Positions 8,968 through 18,515 of a stretch of 64,000 nucleotides of DNA are shown in pieces; position 1 is the stretch's first letter; each line of letters starts with the position of its first letter. The position numbers and the translations under genes were made by a program. Location: the IMG/VR virus record IMGVR_UViG_3300032069_000005, positions 22,232 to 86,231 of that record. One strand, given 5' to 3'. This DNA comes from a virus. The notes beneath the pieces were generated by a model. The model did no database searches. It saw nothing but the letters and a program-made list of their open reading frames with translations, and was not told where the DNA came from.

Positions 8968-9546
8968 ATGATTTCTCTTCTTCTCTCTAAACTTGAAAAG
9001 AATCTTGGATTGAAACTTCGTAAGAATGTAATGTGCCTCGGAGTTGATACTGCTTCAACTACTGGACTGGCTCTTATTTCTACTTTTGGGGGAAAAGCAA
9101 TAATCGATTATTCTATTTTTAAATTACCCTCAATTCCCCGAAAAATAGCTGACCAAATGTTAAAGGCGGAAAAATACGAGCAAGCAATGGACAGTGCTCT
9201 TAATTTAATTAGAGATTATAAAAAAGAAATGAAAATTAAATCCCCATCTATTTTGATATTGGAGCAATCTTTTCTTTTAATGAGTCCAGAAACTTTTGGT
9301 TATCTTAGAAGTCTTGGGGGTGTTTTCTATTCTGAACTTTATGATTCGTTTGATGAGATAAAATTTTATCTTCCTGGAGTTGCAAGAAAATTAGTTGGAT
9401 TTCACTCAAATTTAAAAAGAGGAACTCCAACAGACCAAAAGAAAAAAGAAATAGTAGATTGGATTTCTAATGTAGTAGGAGAAAAGATTAAAGACCATAA
9501 TATTGCGGATTCCATCCTATTATCACTTGCGGGGATAAGATTATGA
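8968..9546 (+). CDS. RuvC-like nuclease/resolvase
   Basis: LGVDTASTTGLA, ILEQ, HNIADSILL (RNase H-fold acidic residues). Confidence 0.75.
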   Translation: MISLLLSKLEKNLGLKLRKNVMCLGVDTASTTGLALISTFGGKAIIDYSIFKLPSIPRKIADQMLKAEKYEQAMDSALNLIRDYKKEMKIKSPSILILEQSFLLMSPETFGYLRSLGGVFYSELYDSFDEIKFYLPGVARKLVGFHSNLKRGTPTDQKKKEIVDWISNVVGEKIKDHNIADSILLSLAGIRL

Positions 9547-9609
9547 CAAATTGGAAAGAAGATTTAGAAAAAAAAGCAATTGAACTCAACATTAAAAAGG
9601 AGGAGAAAA

Positions 9610-9708
9610 ATGGTAGTTCTACTCAAGGAAATAGTCGCCTTCGTGATAGGAGTAGTAGCGGGCGGGGGCGGGATGCTGATTTATCAAACATTCGCAAAGA
9701 AAAGTTAA
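9610..9708 (+). CDS. 32-aa single-TM peptide (not in the ORF track)
   Basis: AAGGAGGAG SD; MVVLLKEIVAFVIGVVAGGGGMLIYQTFAKKS*. Confidence 0.6.
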   Translation: MVVLLKEIVAFVIGVVAGGGGMLIYQTFAKKS

Positions 9709-9731
9709 ATAATGTTAGAGGAGGTGAATTA

Positions 9732-9971
9732 ATGATTTCTAAAGAAGGTGCACTTCGGGACATTGATGGTATCGTTAGTAAAGGGGAATATATTGATAGG
9801 GAAACAAAAAAGACAATAACATTAAATAGTGATTTGGAAAAGTTAGGGGCAATCGTTAAAGTTTTGATTGTGTTTTTGAATTCAATGAGGTCAAATCAGT
9901 TGCTTCCTGAAACAGAAAAGGCTCGCATTTACACCGAAAGAAAAAACAGGAAAGAAACAAATAAACAATAA
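9732..9971 (+). CDS. hypothetical protein
   Basis: GGAGGTGA SD before ATG 9732 (MISKEGALRD...), the likely true start of the listed 9543 ORF. Confidence 0.6.
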   Translation: MISKEGALRDIDGIVSKGEYIDRETKKTITLNSDLEKLGAIVKVLIVFLNSMRSNQLLPETEKARIYTERKNRKETNKQ

Positions 9972-9977
9972 CTTAAC

Positions 9978-10008
9978 GAGAGTGATGGTTAATAGCCTCA
10001 CTCTCCCA
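9978..10008 (+). other. intergenic hairpin followed by CCA
   Basis: GAGAGTGA...TCACTCTC-CCA. Confidence 0.6.
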
Positions 10009-10021
10009 AAAAGGAGTTAAA

Positions 10022-10237
10022 ATGAAGAATTATATTCATATTATAATTCCCAAAAATAAAGAGGTCATTAAAGCACAAAGAGCAACAATTTCTATTGGAA
10101 GAAAGAAATATTATGTTCAGGTTGAAGATATTAAGATTGAATATAAAAATTCGTTTTGTGAAATTGGAAATTCCGATATTATCACACAACCCATAGAGCA
10201 TATTAAAATAAATTTTAAATTATTAAAAAATGAATGA
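10022..10237 (+). CDS. hypothetical protein
   Basis: AAGGAG SD, 71 aa. Confidence 0.5.
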   Translation: MKNYIHIIIPKNKEVIKAQRATISIGRKKYYVQVEDIKIEYKNSFCEIGNSDIITQPIEHIKINFKLLKNE

Positions 10238-10379
10238 TTTAATTTGGTGTCCTAAATTTAAAATAAATGTTAATCCCGAAATGGAAGAAAATTGTTTAGG
10301 GTGTATTTTTTGGGATAAAGAAAAAAAGATATGTTTTTTTGATGAATGGCTTCCAGGATTAAAAAAAGAAAATGAATAA
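10230..10379 (+). CDS. small 4-Cys protein (49 aa)
   Basis: MNDLIWCP...CLGC...C; overlaps both neighbours. Confidence 0.45.
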   Translation: MNDLIWCPKFKINVNPEMEENCLGCIFWDKEKKICFFDEWLPGLKKENE

Positions 10380-10734
10380 TTTAAAAGATATTTTTGGTGG
10401 ACTATTAATTTTAACATCTATAGGCGATGCCCTAAAATATACTATCCAGGCAAATAAGATTAGAAAAACACAAACTGCGAAATCAATGTCAAGGAGATTC
10501 ATTAATCTTGCTTTGCTAAATGATTTTGTGAAATTGGGATATGGATTTGTCATTAAAGATTTATTTATCATTACTTCTTCTATGTTGGCATTGGTTTGCA
10601 TGACGGATTTATTTTGGCAGATTTATTGGTGGTATCCGTATCGCAAAAGAGGGTTAATCAACTTTCGCCGACCATCTATTTTTATTTATTTAATAAATAG
10701 TTTAACCCCGAATAACAGAAGAAAGAGGCTTTAG
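10372..10734 (+). CDS. SemiSWEET/PQ-loop-like membrane protein
   Basis: Three hydrophobic segments and IQANKIRKTQTAKSMS (PQ-loop-like, IQ for PQ). Confidence 0.55.
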   Translation: MNNLKDIFGGLLILTSIGDALKYTIQANKIRKTQTAKSMSRRFINLALLNDFVKLGYGFVIKDLFIITSSMLALVCMTDLFWQIYWWYPYRKRGLINFRRPSIFIYLINSLTPNNRRKRL

Positions 10735-11769
10735 ATGAATTTATTATTCGCTTCCGATTTTCATATCGAAGAGCAGAGTTTCGAGGAATTAGAATTGGTT
10801 TTTAATGAAATCCTTGAAATCAAAGAAGCTAATAAAATAGATAAAATTATCATTCCTGGGGATTCATTTGACCGCATTTCGCCCACCTCAAAAGAATTAG
10901 ATTTTCTTTCTACTTTTATAAAAAAATTAAATTGCCAAATAATTCTAATTGCGGCAAACTCACACGAAAGCACGACCCAAGAAGATAGTGTCATAAACCA
11001 CATAGGAATTTTGCGGGATGATATTTTAGTTTGTAAAGAATGGAAGGATGAACACCGTCTTTTCGCTGGGCACTTTATTGTTAAACAATCTACCAAAAAT
11101 AAAGGCGGAACAATCAACCAATCAGAATTAAAGGATTATCGGAATGTGGTTTTGGGGCACGGGCATATTTTCGAGTTGGTAAAACCAAATTTATGCCAAC
11201 TTGGGAGCATTAGATTTATTAGTTTCGGGGAAGACCCCGCTATTAATAAGAAGGTAGCAATCTGCTATAACTATGGTGAAAAAGACCAGGGATGGCAATT
11301 TATTGACCTAAAAACGCCCTATCCATTGATAGATATAGAGTTATGTAAAATGAACATTTCCAAAGACCTTAAAATCGTTCAAAATGACCCCCCAGAGCTT
11401 CGCTCCGGTAAGCAAGGGAAAGCTCCGAAACCCATAAACAAAGCCAAAATCGCCCCTTCAAACCCTATGAATCGCTCTTCATTTGGGGCAGTAGGCGAAC
11501 TTTGTTCCTTTCTGGATAAAACCAGCCCTAAGAGCAAGGTTAGGGTAGTTTTTAAGGATTATTCAAGTTGGGTAAATTTCTTACCTTTCTACCAGAGATA
11601 CAAGGATAAATTCTATGTGATGAGGGATAAGAAGGACTTTTTAGTTACCATAGATAATACTCCAAAAGATAATAAAAAAGAAACAATGAGAGAATCATTA
11701 ATTAAGTGGATGACTACAAATAAGATTGAAGATAAGATACAGAAGATTTTATTAGAGGAAATTAAATGA
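10735..11769 (+). CDS. Mre11/SbcD-like metallophosphoesterase nuclease
   Basis: SDFH, GDSFD, NSHE, LGHGH, GS; partner SbcC-like gene lies downstream. Confidence 0.85.
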   Translation: MNLLFASDFHIEEQSFEELELVFNEILEIKEANKIDKIIIPGDSFDRISPTSKELDFLSTFIKKLNCQIILIAANSHESTTQEDSVINHIGILRDDILVCKEWKDEHRLFAGHFIVKQSTKNKGGTINQSELKDYRNVVLGHGHIFELVKPNLCQLGSIRFISFGEDPAINKKVAICYNYGEKDQGWQFIDLKTPYPLIDIELCKMNISKDLKIVQNDPPELRSGKQGKAPKPINKAKIAPSNPMNRSSFGAVGELCSFLDKTSPKSKVRVVFKDYSSWVNFLPFYQRYKDKFYVMRDKKDFLVTIDNTPKDNKKETMRESLIKWMTTNKIEDKIQKILLEEIK

Positions 11770-11925
11770 ACTTAAATCCTTTTCTTATTATAAGTATTTT
11801 ATTAAATTTTTGTGCATCTGGTTGGTATTTTTATAAATCAGGGATAGTATTAGGTTTATTATTTTTAGGTTATGCTTTCTGTAGTTTTATTAGTTTATTT
11901 TTAAAGGTACAATAAAGGAGACAAT

Positions 11926-12714
11926 ATGGAAATAAAAGAAATGTTAAATAAAATATTTTTAGAAACTAAAAATGGGTTTGAGTATGTAAAAGAAATTCCC
12001 GACAAGAGTATTGATATGATACTTTGCGATTTACCTTATGGCACGACTGCCTGTAAGTGGGATGCCGTTATTCCTTTTGAGCCACTCTGGGAACAGTATA
12101 AACGAATAATAAAAGACAATGGGGCAATAGTTTTAACAGCTTCACAACCTTTTACCAGTGCTTTGGTGATGAGTAATATTAAGATGTTTAAGTATGAGTG
12201 GATATGGGAGAAAAACACAGGAGCAGGATTTATCCACGCAAAAAATAGACCACTAAAAAGACACGAAAATGTATTAGTTTTTAGCAAAGGAAGTATGGGT
12301 CATATAACTTTATTGGGTGAGAAAAGGATGATATACAACCCCCAAAACTTAATAAAACAAAAAACTATCAGAAAAAATGGTGTAAGTGGAACAACTATTG
12401 GCGATAGACCATCACATCACGATAATTTAATTTCAGAATTTATGAATTATCCAACAACAATTCTTAACTATAAAAATGATAAGGGTCTCCACCCAACTCA
12501 AAAACCAGTAGCCCTATTTGAGTATCTTATTAAAACCTACACCAACGAAGGAGATATTGTTCTTGATAATTGTATAGGTAGCGGAACAACTGCTGTAGCG
12601 TGTAAAAGATTAAATAGAAATTTTATAGGTATGGAGATTTATCAAAACTACATAGATATTAGTTATAAAAGATTATCTGAAACAAAACAAGGAGAAGGAT
12701 TATGTTTGAAATAA
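11926..12714 (+). CDS. DNA methyltransferase (N6-A/N4-C, beta class)
   Basis: DLPYG, HPTQKP, VLDNCIGSGTT. Confidence 0.95.
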   Translation: MEIKEMLNKIFLETKNGFEYVKEIPDKSIDMILCDLPYGTTACKWDAVIPFEPLWEQYKRIIKDNGAIVLTASQPFTSALVMSNIKMFKYEWIWEKNTGAGFIHAKNRPLKRHENVLVFSKGSMGHITLLGEKRMIYNPQNLIKQKTIRKNGVSGTTIGDRPSHHDNLISEFMNYPTTILNYKNDKGLHPTQKPVALFEYLIKTYTNEGDIVLDNCIGSGTTAVACKRLNRNFIGMEIYQNYIDISYKRLSETKQGEGLCLK

Positions 12715-13643
12715 TAGAATATAAAAGTCCAGGGCATCCAGATACTTTAACAGATTTGGTGGTTGAGGAGTGTGCTACTTTTTTGGATAAGTATTATCTT
12801 TCTATTTATAATAAAATTCTGCATTATAATGTTGATAAAGCAGTTTTTCTTGCTGGAGATGCCAGAATTGATTTTAAAGATTGGAAAATAATAAAGCAAC
12901 CTTGTTTTATTTTGGCAGGACAAGTTAGTAAAATAACAAAAGATTTAAAATGTGGATTAACTGATATAATAGAAAAAACAATAAAAAAATACTTGCCTAA
13001 TCTTAAACAATTCAAAATAGAAATTAGATGTAATAATGTTGTTGCTAATCTTTCTAACATAGCAGAATCAAAAGAAATACTTGCTAATGATACTTCATTT
13101 GGAGTAGGCTATTATCCTTATTCTAAATCAGAACAAAAAGTTTTTGCTATTAAAAAAGAATTGGATGAAATGATTGCTTTACAACAAATACCCATTGGCG
13201 AACTTTATAAAATAATGTATACCCCTAAAACTATAAGTATTTCTGCTCCGCTTTATGTTCAACGAGTTCATAATAGAAAAGAATACGCCAAATATAAGAA
13301 ACAAATAGAAAAGAAAGTATCTAAGTATGGAAAAATTATTTTTAATCCTGATTTTGAAAATGGATTTCCTTATTTAACAATTACAGGAAGTAGTATTGAA
13401 TGTGGAGACGATGGACAAGTGGGAAGAGGAAATAGATACAATAATTTAATTACTCCCTGCCGACCAATGACCATAGAAGCATATCATGGAAAAAATAATA
13501 AAAATCACGTTGGTAAATTATATAGTAAAATGGCTTTTGAAAGAGCAAAAGAAATCTATGAAAAAACTGGAAAATATACAGAAGTCATTTTAGTTAGTAA
13601 AATAGGCAAAGCGATAGCCGATTATGAAGAATATATAAAATGA
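12702..13643 (+). CDS. S-adenosylmethionine synthetase (archaeal-type MAT family)
   Basis: GHPDTLTD, HYNVDK, ANDTSFGVGY, GDDGQVGRGNR, GKNNKNHVGKLY. Confidence 0.9.
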   Translation: MFEIIEYKSPGHPDTLTDLVVEECATFLDKYYLSIYNKILHYNVDKAVFLAGDARIDFKDWKIIKQPCFILAGQVSKITKDLKCGLTDIIEKTIKKYLPNLKQFKIEIRCNNVVANLSNIAESKEILANDTSFGVGYYPYSKSEQKVFAIKKELDEMIALQQIPIGELYKIMYTPKTISISAPLYVQRVHNRKEYAKYKKQIEKKVSKYGKIIFNPDFENGFPYLTITGSSIECGDDGQVGRGNRYNNLITPCRPMTIEAYHGKNNKNHVGKLYSKMAFERAKEIYEKTGKYTEVILVSKIGKAIADYEEYIK

Positions 13644-15727
13644 AACTCACCAAACTCAAATTAACTAATATTGGACTTTTCAAAGAAGGAACTTTAATTC
13701 CTCAACAAATTAATCTTATTAAAGGAATTAATTGCGATAATCCAAAAAATAGTTCCAATGGATGTGGGAAATCTACTCTTTTTAAAATCGCTTTATTATT
13801 TGGATTATTTGGAGAAACTTGCGGAAGAAAACTTGAACGAATAATTCATTCCGGTGCGAAAACTGCGGAAGTAGAATTGGAAATAACTCACGGCAGCAAC
13901 ATCATTCGCATTATTAGAAAAATCCCAACCAAATTACAGGTCTTTGTTAATGGCATAGATAGGGAATTTAATTCTTCTACAATCGCACAGAATTATCTTA
14001 ATGAGATTTTTGGAGATTTTACTTTCTTTAAGAAGTATTGTTTAGTTGATACTAAATCCATTAACTTATTAGATTCCTTAGATGATAGTAGGTCGATTGT
14101 TTCTTTTAAAAAGGAACTAATGGGTTTCATTGATACCGAATTCGCTCCGCACAGGGAATCATTATTAGGCAAAAAGAATGACCGAGAACTCTATTCAGTC
14201 GATAAGCGACTGTATAAATTTCATCTTTCCAAAAAGAGATTAGAGATACTCGAAAACGGGCTTGAAAGAATTAAAGAAGAACTCAATAATGTTAATCGAG
14301 ATAGAGAAATACAGCAGCAATCAATCAATCAATTGAGTGGGGAGATTACTTCTTCTGAATCTAAAATAGAATTTTTATATAATAAGGAAAGTGAAAATTT
14401 AAATAATATAGAACAGTGCAATGGGTTTGTTGAGGACAACAAAACGATAATAGAAAAATTAAATAATCTTCCGAAGCAAGAAAAAATAGCTGTAATTGAT
14501 TATGATAAAGATTTATCTATAGCAGAAAAAAAATCGGAATCATTAAATCAAGAATTAAAAGAAAACGAAAAGAAGATAGACTTAGTTAAAAAGGATATTG
14601 AAAAAATTAATTTCCAGATTCATTCAGCCGAAAATGATTTAAGCAAGTATAATAATGATAAAGTAAAGTTAAATAAAGAAATCATTGGATTGGATAATGT
14701 TAAAATAGGAACGAAATGTGATAAGTGCGGTTCTCTTGTTTCAATAGAATATCGGGACAGTTATCGAAAAGATAAAACTAATGAAATTGAGGATATAATA
14801 AAAAAAGAAATTCTATTAAAGAATTCTTTAATTGAATTGCAGAATTCGCTTACTACAAAAAATAATGAATTAAAATCATTAATTAATCGGAAATCGCTTG
14901 TGAGTGATAATATTGAAGTCATTAAAAAAGATATTAAAGAATTAAATAACAAAAAATTCGCACAAGCAGAGGCAGTAAAAAAACAGGAAAACTCGGCTAC
15001 CCAGATTACAACTGATATTGAAAAACATCAAAATTCAATAAAAATATCCGAAGAACAGATAAAAAAATATCTTAACCACAATATCGAAATAAAGAAAGAA
15101 ATCTCTGAACTAAAAATTACTATTGAATCTAACAAAACTAAATTATCCGAAGAAAGTAATTGTATAGATTATTACAATGATTTGTATAATGGAATACAAC
15201 ATAAAGAAACCAGGACTAAAGATTGTATAATGAAACTCAAAGAGGCATTTAAATTTTCGGATTATAAATACACTAAAGAAGATATTCGGCTCTATGCCGA
15301 TTCAATTAAGACCCTGGATGCCTTTTCCGGCTACTATATACAGGAATGGATGAATAATTTGTCATTTATTATTAATGACCTTTTAAAAGATTTAAATCTA
15401 TCAATTGAATTAACCGATGAAAAAGAATTCCTAAAAATAAAAGACGGAGAAGAAGAACTTACTTATGCGGATTTAAGTGATGGGCAAAGGATTTTCTTTT
15501 CTGGAATATTTAAATTGGCGATTTTATTGAAAAAAGGCGAATCTGATGGAATAATTATAATGGATGATGGATTGGGATGTTTAGATAAAATTAATTTTAA
15601 AAATTTAATAGATATTTGCCAGAATCTCCCATTTCAGCTTTTTGCGGTTTTTCAGGATTTGCCAATAATCGAAAATGTCAATGAATTTATAATAGAAAGA
15701 AAAAATGGTGAAAGCAAAATCATATAA
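13640..15727 (+). CDS. Rad50/SbcC-like SMC ATPase
   Basis: Walker A NGCGKST, coiled coil with Zn-hook CDKC, signature LSDGQ, Walker B IIMDDG. Confidence 0.9.
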   Translation: MKLTKLKLTNIGLFKEGTLIPQQINLIKGINCDNPKNSSNGCGKSTLFKIALLFGLFGETCGRKLERIIHSGAKTAEVELEITHGSNIIRIIRKIPTKLQVFVNGIDREFNSSTIAQNYLNEIFGDFTFFKKYCLVDTKSINLLDSLDDSRSIVSFKKELMGFIDTEFAPHRESLLGKKNDRELYSVDKRLYKFHLSKKRLEILENGLERIKEELNNVNRDREIQQQSINQLSGEITSSESKIEFLYNKESENLNNIEQCNGFVEDNKTIIEKLNNLPKQEKIAVIDYDKDLSIAEKKSESLNQELKENEKKIDLVKKDIEKINFQIHSAENDLSKYNNDKVKLNKEIIGLDNVKIGTKCDKCGSLVSIEYRDSYRKDKTNEIEDIIKKEILLKNSLIELQNSLTTKNNELKSLINRKSLVSDNIEVIKKDIKELNNKKFAQAEAVKKQENSATQITTDIEKHQNSIKISEEQIKKYLNHNIEIKKEISELKITIESNKTKLSEESNCIDYYNDLYNGIQHKETRTKDCIMKLKEAFKFSDYKYTKEDIRLYADSIKTLDAFSGYYIQEWMNNLSFIINDLLKDLNLSIELTDEKEFLKIKDGEEELTYADLSDGQRIFFSGIFKLAILLKKGESDGIIIMDDGLGCLDKINFKNLIDICQNLPFQLFAVFQDLPIIENVNEFIIERKNGESKII

Positions 15728-16361
15728 CAATAATTCTAATAGAAATTCCCATAGGAAAACAAATCGATGCTGTGATTGTGGGAAAAAAATACTCAAAATA
15801 TCTGTTCGATGTTATAAATGTTTTAGGAAAGGAAAATTAAATCCTATGTTTGGAACTCATAAATTTTATGGTAAAAGATTACCTTCAGAAATATTATTTA
15901 AAATCAGAAAAGTTTTAAAAGGAAAAGACCATCCGAGTTTTGCAGGGGGAAAGCCCAGGTGTATGGTTTGCGGAAAAAGATTGAGTAGTTATGGATGTAT
16001 AAGATGCAGATTTCATAAAGATAAATATTATAGCGGAAAGCGAAGTCCCAGATTTGGGAAAATCGCACATCCCAAATATATTAAATATAAAAACATTTGG
16101 TTTCATTCTTCTTATGAAGTAGCATATGCAAGATATTTGGACTATAATAATATTAAATGGCAATACGAACCCGAAACTTTTAATTTAGGAAACACCACCT
16201 ATACTCCAGATTTTTATTTGCCAAAGTTTAATCTTTATATCGAGATAAAGGGATTTTGGAGAGAAGATTCTAAAAAGAAATATATTAAATTTAAACAAAA
16301 GAATACGATTGTGTTGTTAAATCAATCAAAATTACATAATTTAGGAATAATGGTTAAATAA
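15705..16361 (+). CDS. Zn-ribbon-repeat PD-(D/E)xK endonuclease (free-standing homing-type)
   Basis: CxDCGK...RCxxC repeats; YEPETF...YTPDFYL...IEIKG. Confidence 0.75.
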   Translation: MVKAKSYNNNSNRNSHRKTNRCCDCGKKILKISVRCYKCFRKGKLNPMFGTHKFYGKRLPSEILFKIRKVLKGKDHPSFAGGKPRCMVCGKRLSSYGCIRCRFHKDKYYSGKRSPRFGKIAHPKYIKYKNIWFHSSYEVAYARYLDYNNIKWQYEPETFNLGNTTYTPDFYLPKFNLYIEIKGFWREDSKKKYIKFKQKNTIVLLNQSKLHNLGIMVK

Positions 16362-16808
16362 ATGATTAAAATAGAAAAGATATATAATATTCTTAAAGAA
16401 AATATCCCCAATAGACTAATTATTCCTATTATAATTTTTCCTACAACAGAAGAAATGTTAAAACAAGAAGCAAATGAATTATTTCGTGATTATCAAGAAT
16501 TAGTAGAGTCATATAGTAGACAATATAGGGCAGAGAATTATCTTGATACTCCTTACTGTAGACACATTGTCAATAAACATAAAATAAATGCCTTTAATAT
16601 TAATATGTTAGCGACTAATCCTATAAAAATATCTTTTGAAAATGTAGAATGTAGACCTGAAAGAGAAATTGCATTTCTTTTATTACACGAATTCGGTCAT
16701 TTGGCTATGGCGAAAGCAGGAAAATATCGAGATGAAATATTAGCAGATAAATTTGCTATTGTATGGACTAAAAGATTAATAGATAAAGGATTAATAAAAA
16801 ATGATTAA
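16362..16808 (+). CDS. HExxH zinc metallopeptidase-like protein
   Basis: LLHEFGH...EILADKFA. Confidence 0.6.
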   Translation: MIKIEKIYNILKENIPNRLIIPIIIFPTTEEMLKQEANELFRDYQELVESYSRQYRAENYLDTPYCRHIVNKHKINAFNINMLATNPIKISFENVECRPEREIAFLLLHEFGHLAMAKAGKYRDEILADKFAIVWTKRLIDKGLIKND

Positions 16809-17232
16809 ACAATTCATTTATATGATAATTATGGCAATTATTTATAGCCTACTTGAAATTCAAGTTGAAGGGAGAGATGGCTGGTGCAGAAACCTGCCCA
16901 CATTTCGCATCAATGTGTTCTTTAGAAAAATATTGGGTGGAAAGCCATTAACAGGATACCATCTTTATTTACTTATTTTTATGAGTATTGTATTTCACGG
17001 ATTATTCTTAGGAGAAATATATTCTTATAAGATAAGTTGTAGAGCATTTGGTTTAATGAGTTATTTTTTTGTATTAGAAGATGGATTGTGGTTTATCTTC
17101 AATCCGCATTACTCTATTATAAGATTCAACAAAAAAAATGTAGATTGGCATAAAAGATGGGTCTGGGGCATACCGCTAACCTATTATTGGGGAATAATTA
17201 TAGGAACTGGATTATTAATTCTTGGGAGGTAG
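16801..17232 (+). CDS. membrane protein
   Basis: Several hydrophobic segments; EIQVEG and EDGLWF motifs. Confidence 0.6.
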   Translation: MIKQFIYMIIMAIIYSLLEIQVEGRDGWCRNLPTFRINVFFRKILGGKPLTGYHLYLLIFMSIVFHGLFLGEIYSYKISCRAFGLMSYFFVLEDGLWFIFNPHYSIIRFNKKNVDWHKRWVWGIPLTYYWGIIIGTGLLILGR

Positions 17233-17233
17233 A

Positions 17234-17878
17234 ATGTTAAAAAATAAATTTTATTCACAACTTGAATTTGATATTTATATTGCAGAACAAAAAATAAGAA
17301 AAGATTCTGGTTACTTATCTGTCTCTGAAAGAACTCAATTAGAAGAAATGATTAAAAATCCCAAATCTTATATTACTGAAAAACCAAAAGATAATCCTAA
17401 TGTAAAGAAAATAGTTACTGATATTATCGAACTTCGTGTTCCTTGTCAGAAAGTAGAAAAAGGAGAAGATATAAAACAAATCATAACTGAACTTAAAGAA
17501 ACTTGCCACGCACATAACGGACTTGGATTAAGTGCCAACCAAATTAATTATAGAAAAGCAATTTCATATATTAATGTTCTTAAATCCTTTGACCCTAAGA
17601 CCAAGAAGGTAGATAAGACCGAATTAATCTTAATTAATCCGAGGATTATAGAAAAATCTAATCCCATAAAAATACAAAATGAAAGCTGCCTATCCTTTCC
17701 TGGGATTTCTGTTGCGACTAAAAGATATATTTATTGTATAGTTACTTTCCTATCTGAGGATTTTAAAGAAAAGACAATGGCATTGCAAGATTTGGAATCT
17801 TTTGCCTGTCAGCACGAAATACATCACATACAAGGAAAAACGATTCTTGATTTAGATGTAAAGTGGAAAAGTAAATAA
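17234..17878 (+). CDS. def: peptide deformylase
   Basis: GLGLSANQI, ESCLS, QHEIHHIQG; GGAGG SD. Confidence 0.9.
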   Translation: MLKNKFYSQLEFDIYIAEQKIRKDSGYLSVSERTQLEEMIKNPKSYITEKPKDNPNVKKIVTDIIELRVPCQKVEKGEDIKQIITELKETCHAHNGLGLSANQINYRKAISYINVLKSFDPKTKKVDKTELILINPRIIEKSNPIKIQNESCLSFPGISVATKRYIYCIVTFLSEDFKEKTMALQDLESFACQHEIHHIQGKTILDLDVKWKSK

Positions 17879-17882
17879 TTTA

Positions 17883-18515
17883 ATGATAATCCTCCTAACC
17901 ATAATCTATTCTATCATCATAATCGGGGTTCATGAATTGGCTCATTTATTCGCTGCAAAAGTCGTTGGTTGTTCAGTATCTGTATTTTCAATTGGCTTTG
18001 GGCGACCCTTCTATTCTTTTTATATAGGTAACACCCGATACAATATTGCACCAATTCTTTTAGGCGGTTACTGTGAACTAAAAGGCGAGAATGAACTTAG
18101 TCCAGACAAAGACGCTTTCTGTAATCTAACCTATAGAAAAAAATTCTTTCTAATTTCGGCTGGGTGTATATGTAATATTATTATGGGGGTTATTCCTTAT
18201 TTATTGGGATTGAAATGGGGAATTTTTTGGCTTTATTATTTTGGTTATTTAAGTATTGGATTAGGTGCGAGTAATCTATGCCCCGTTCCGTGTCTTGACG
18301 GAAGTTATTTAATTTTTGTTTGGATTGAAAAATTATTCGGAAAAGAAAAAGGAAATTATTTACTTAATAAGATAATGAAAACTGGATTTGTAGTTTTAAT
18401 CGTTTTAAATATTTTGACTGGATTGTGGTTAGCTTATTACTATAAATCAGAGTTACTATATTGGATTATTTTTTATTGGAAATTAATTATTGATTTTGTT
18501 GGGAGGATATTATGA
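17883..18515 (+). CDS. M50 (RseP/site-2) intramembrane metalloprotease, no PDZ domain
   Basis: HELAH, FSIGFG, LGGY, NLCPVPCLDG. Confidence 0.9.
   Translation: MIILLTIIYSIIIIGVHELAHLFAAKVVGCSVSVFSIGFGRPFYSFYIGNTRYNIAPILLGGYCELKGENELSPDKDAFCNLTYRKKFFLISAGCICNIIMGVIPYLLGLKWGIFWLYYFGYLSIGLGASNLCPVPCLDGSYLIFVWIEKLFGKEKGNYLLNKIMKTGFVVLIVLNILTGLWLAYYYKSELLYWIIFYWKLIIDFVGRIL

Noticed and set aside
1744-13643. Archaeal virus assignment from Hjc, PolB and archaeal-type MAT
   Set aside because: The sigma70 promoter, bS21, peptide deformylase, RecA and U73-type tRNA-Gly point to a bacterial host.
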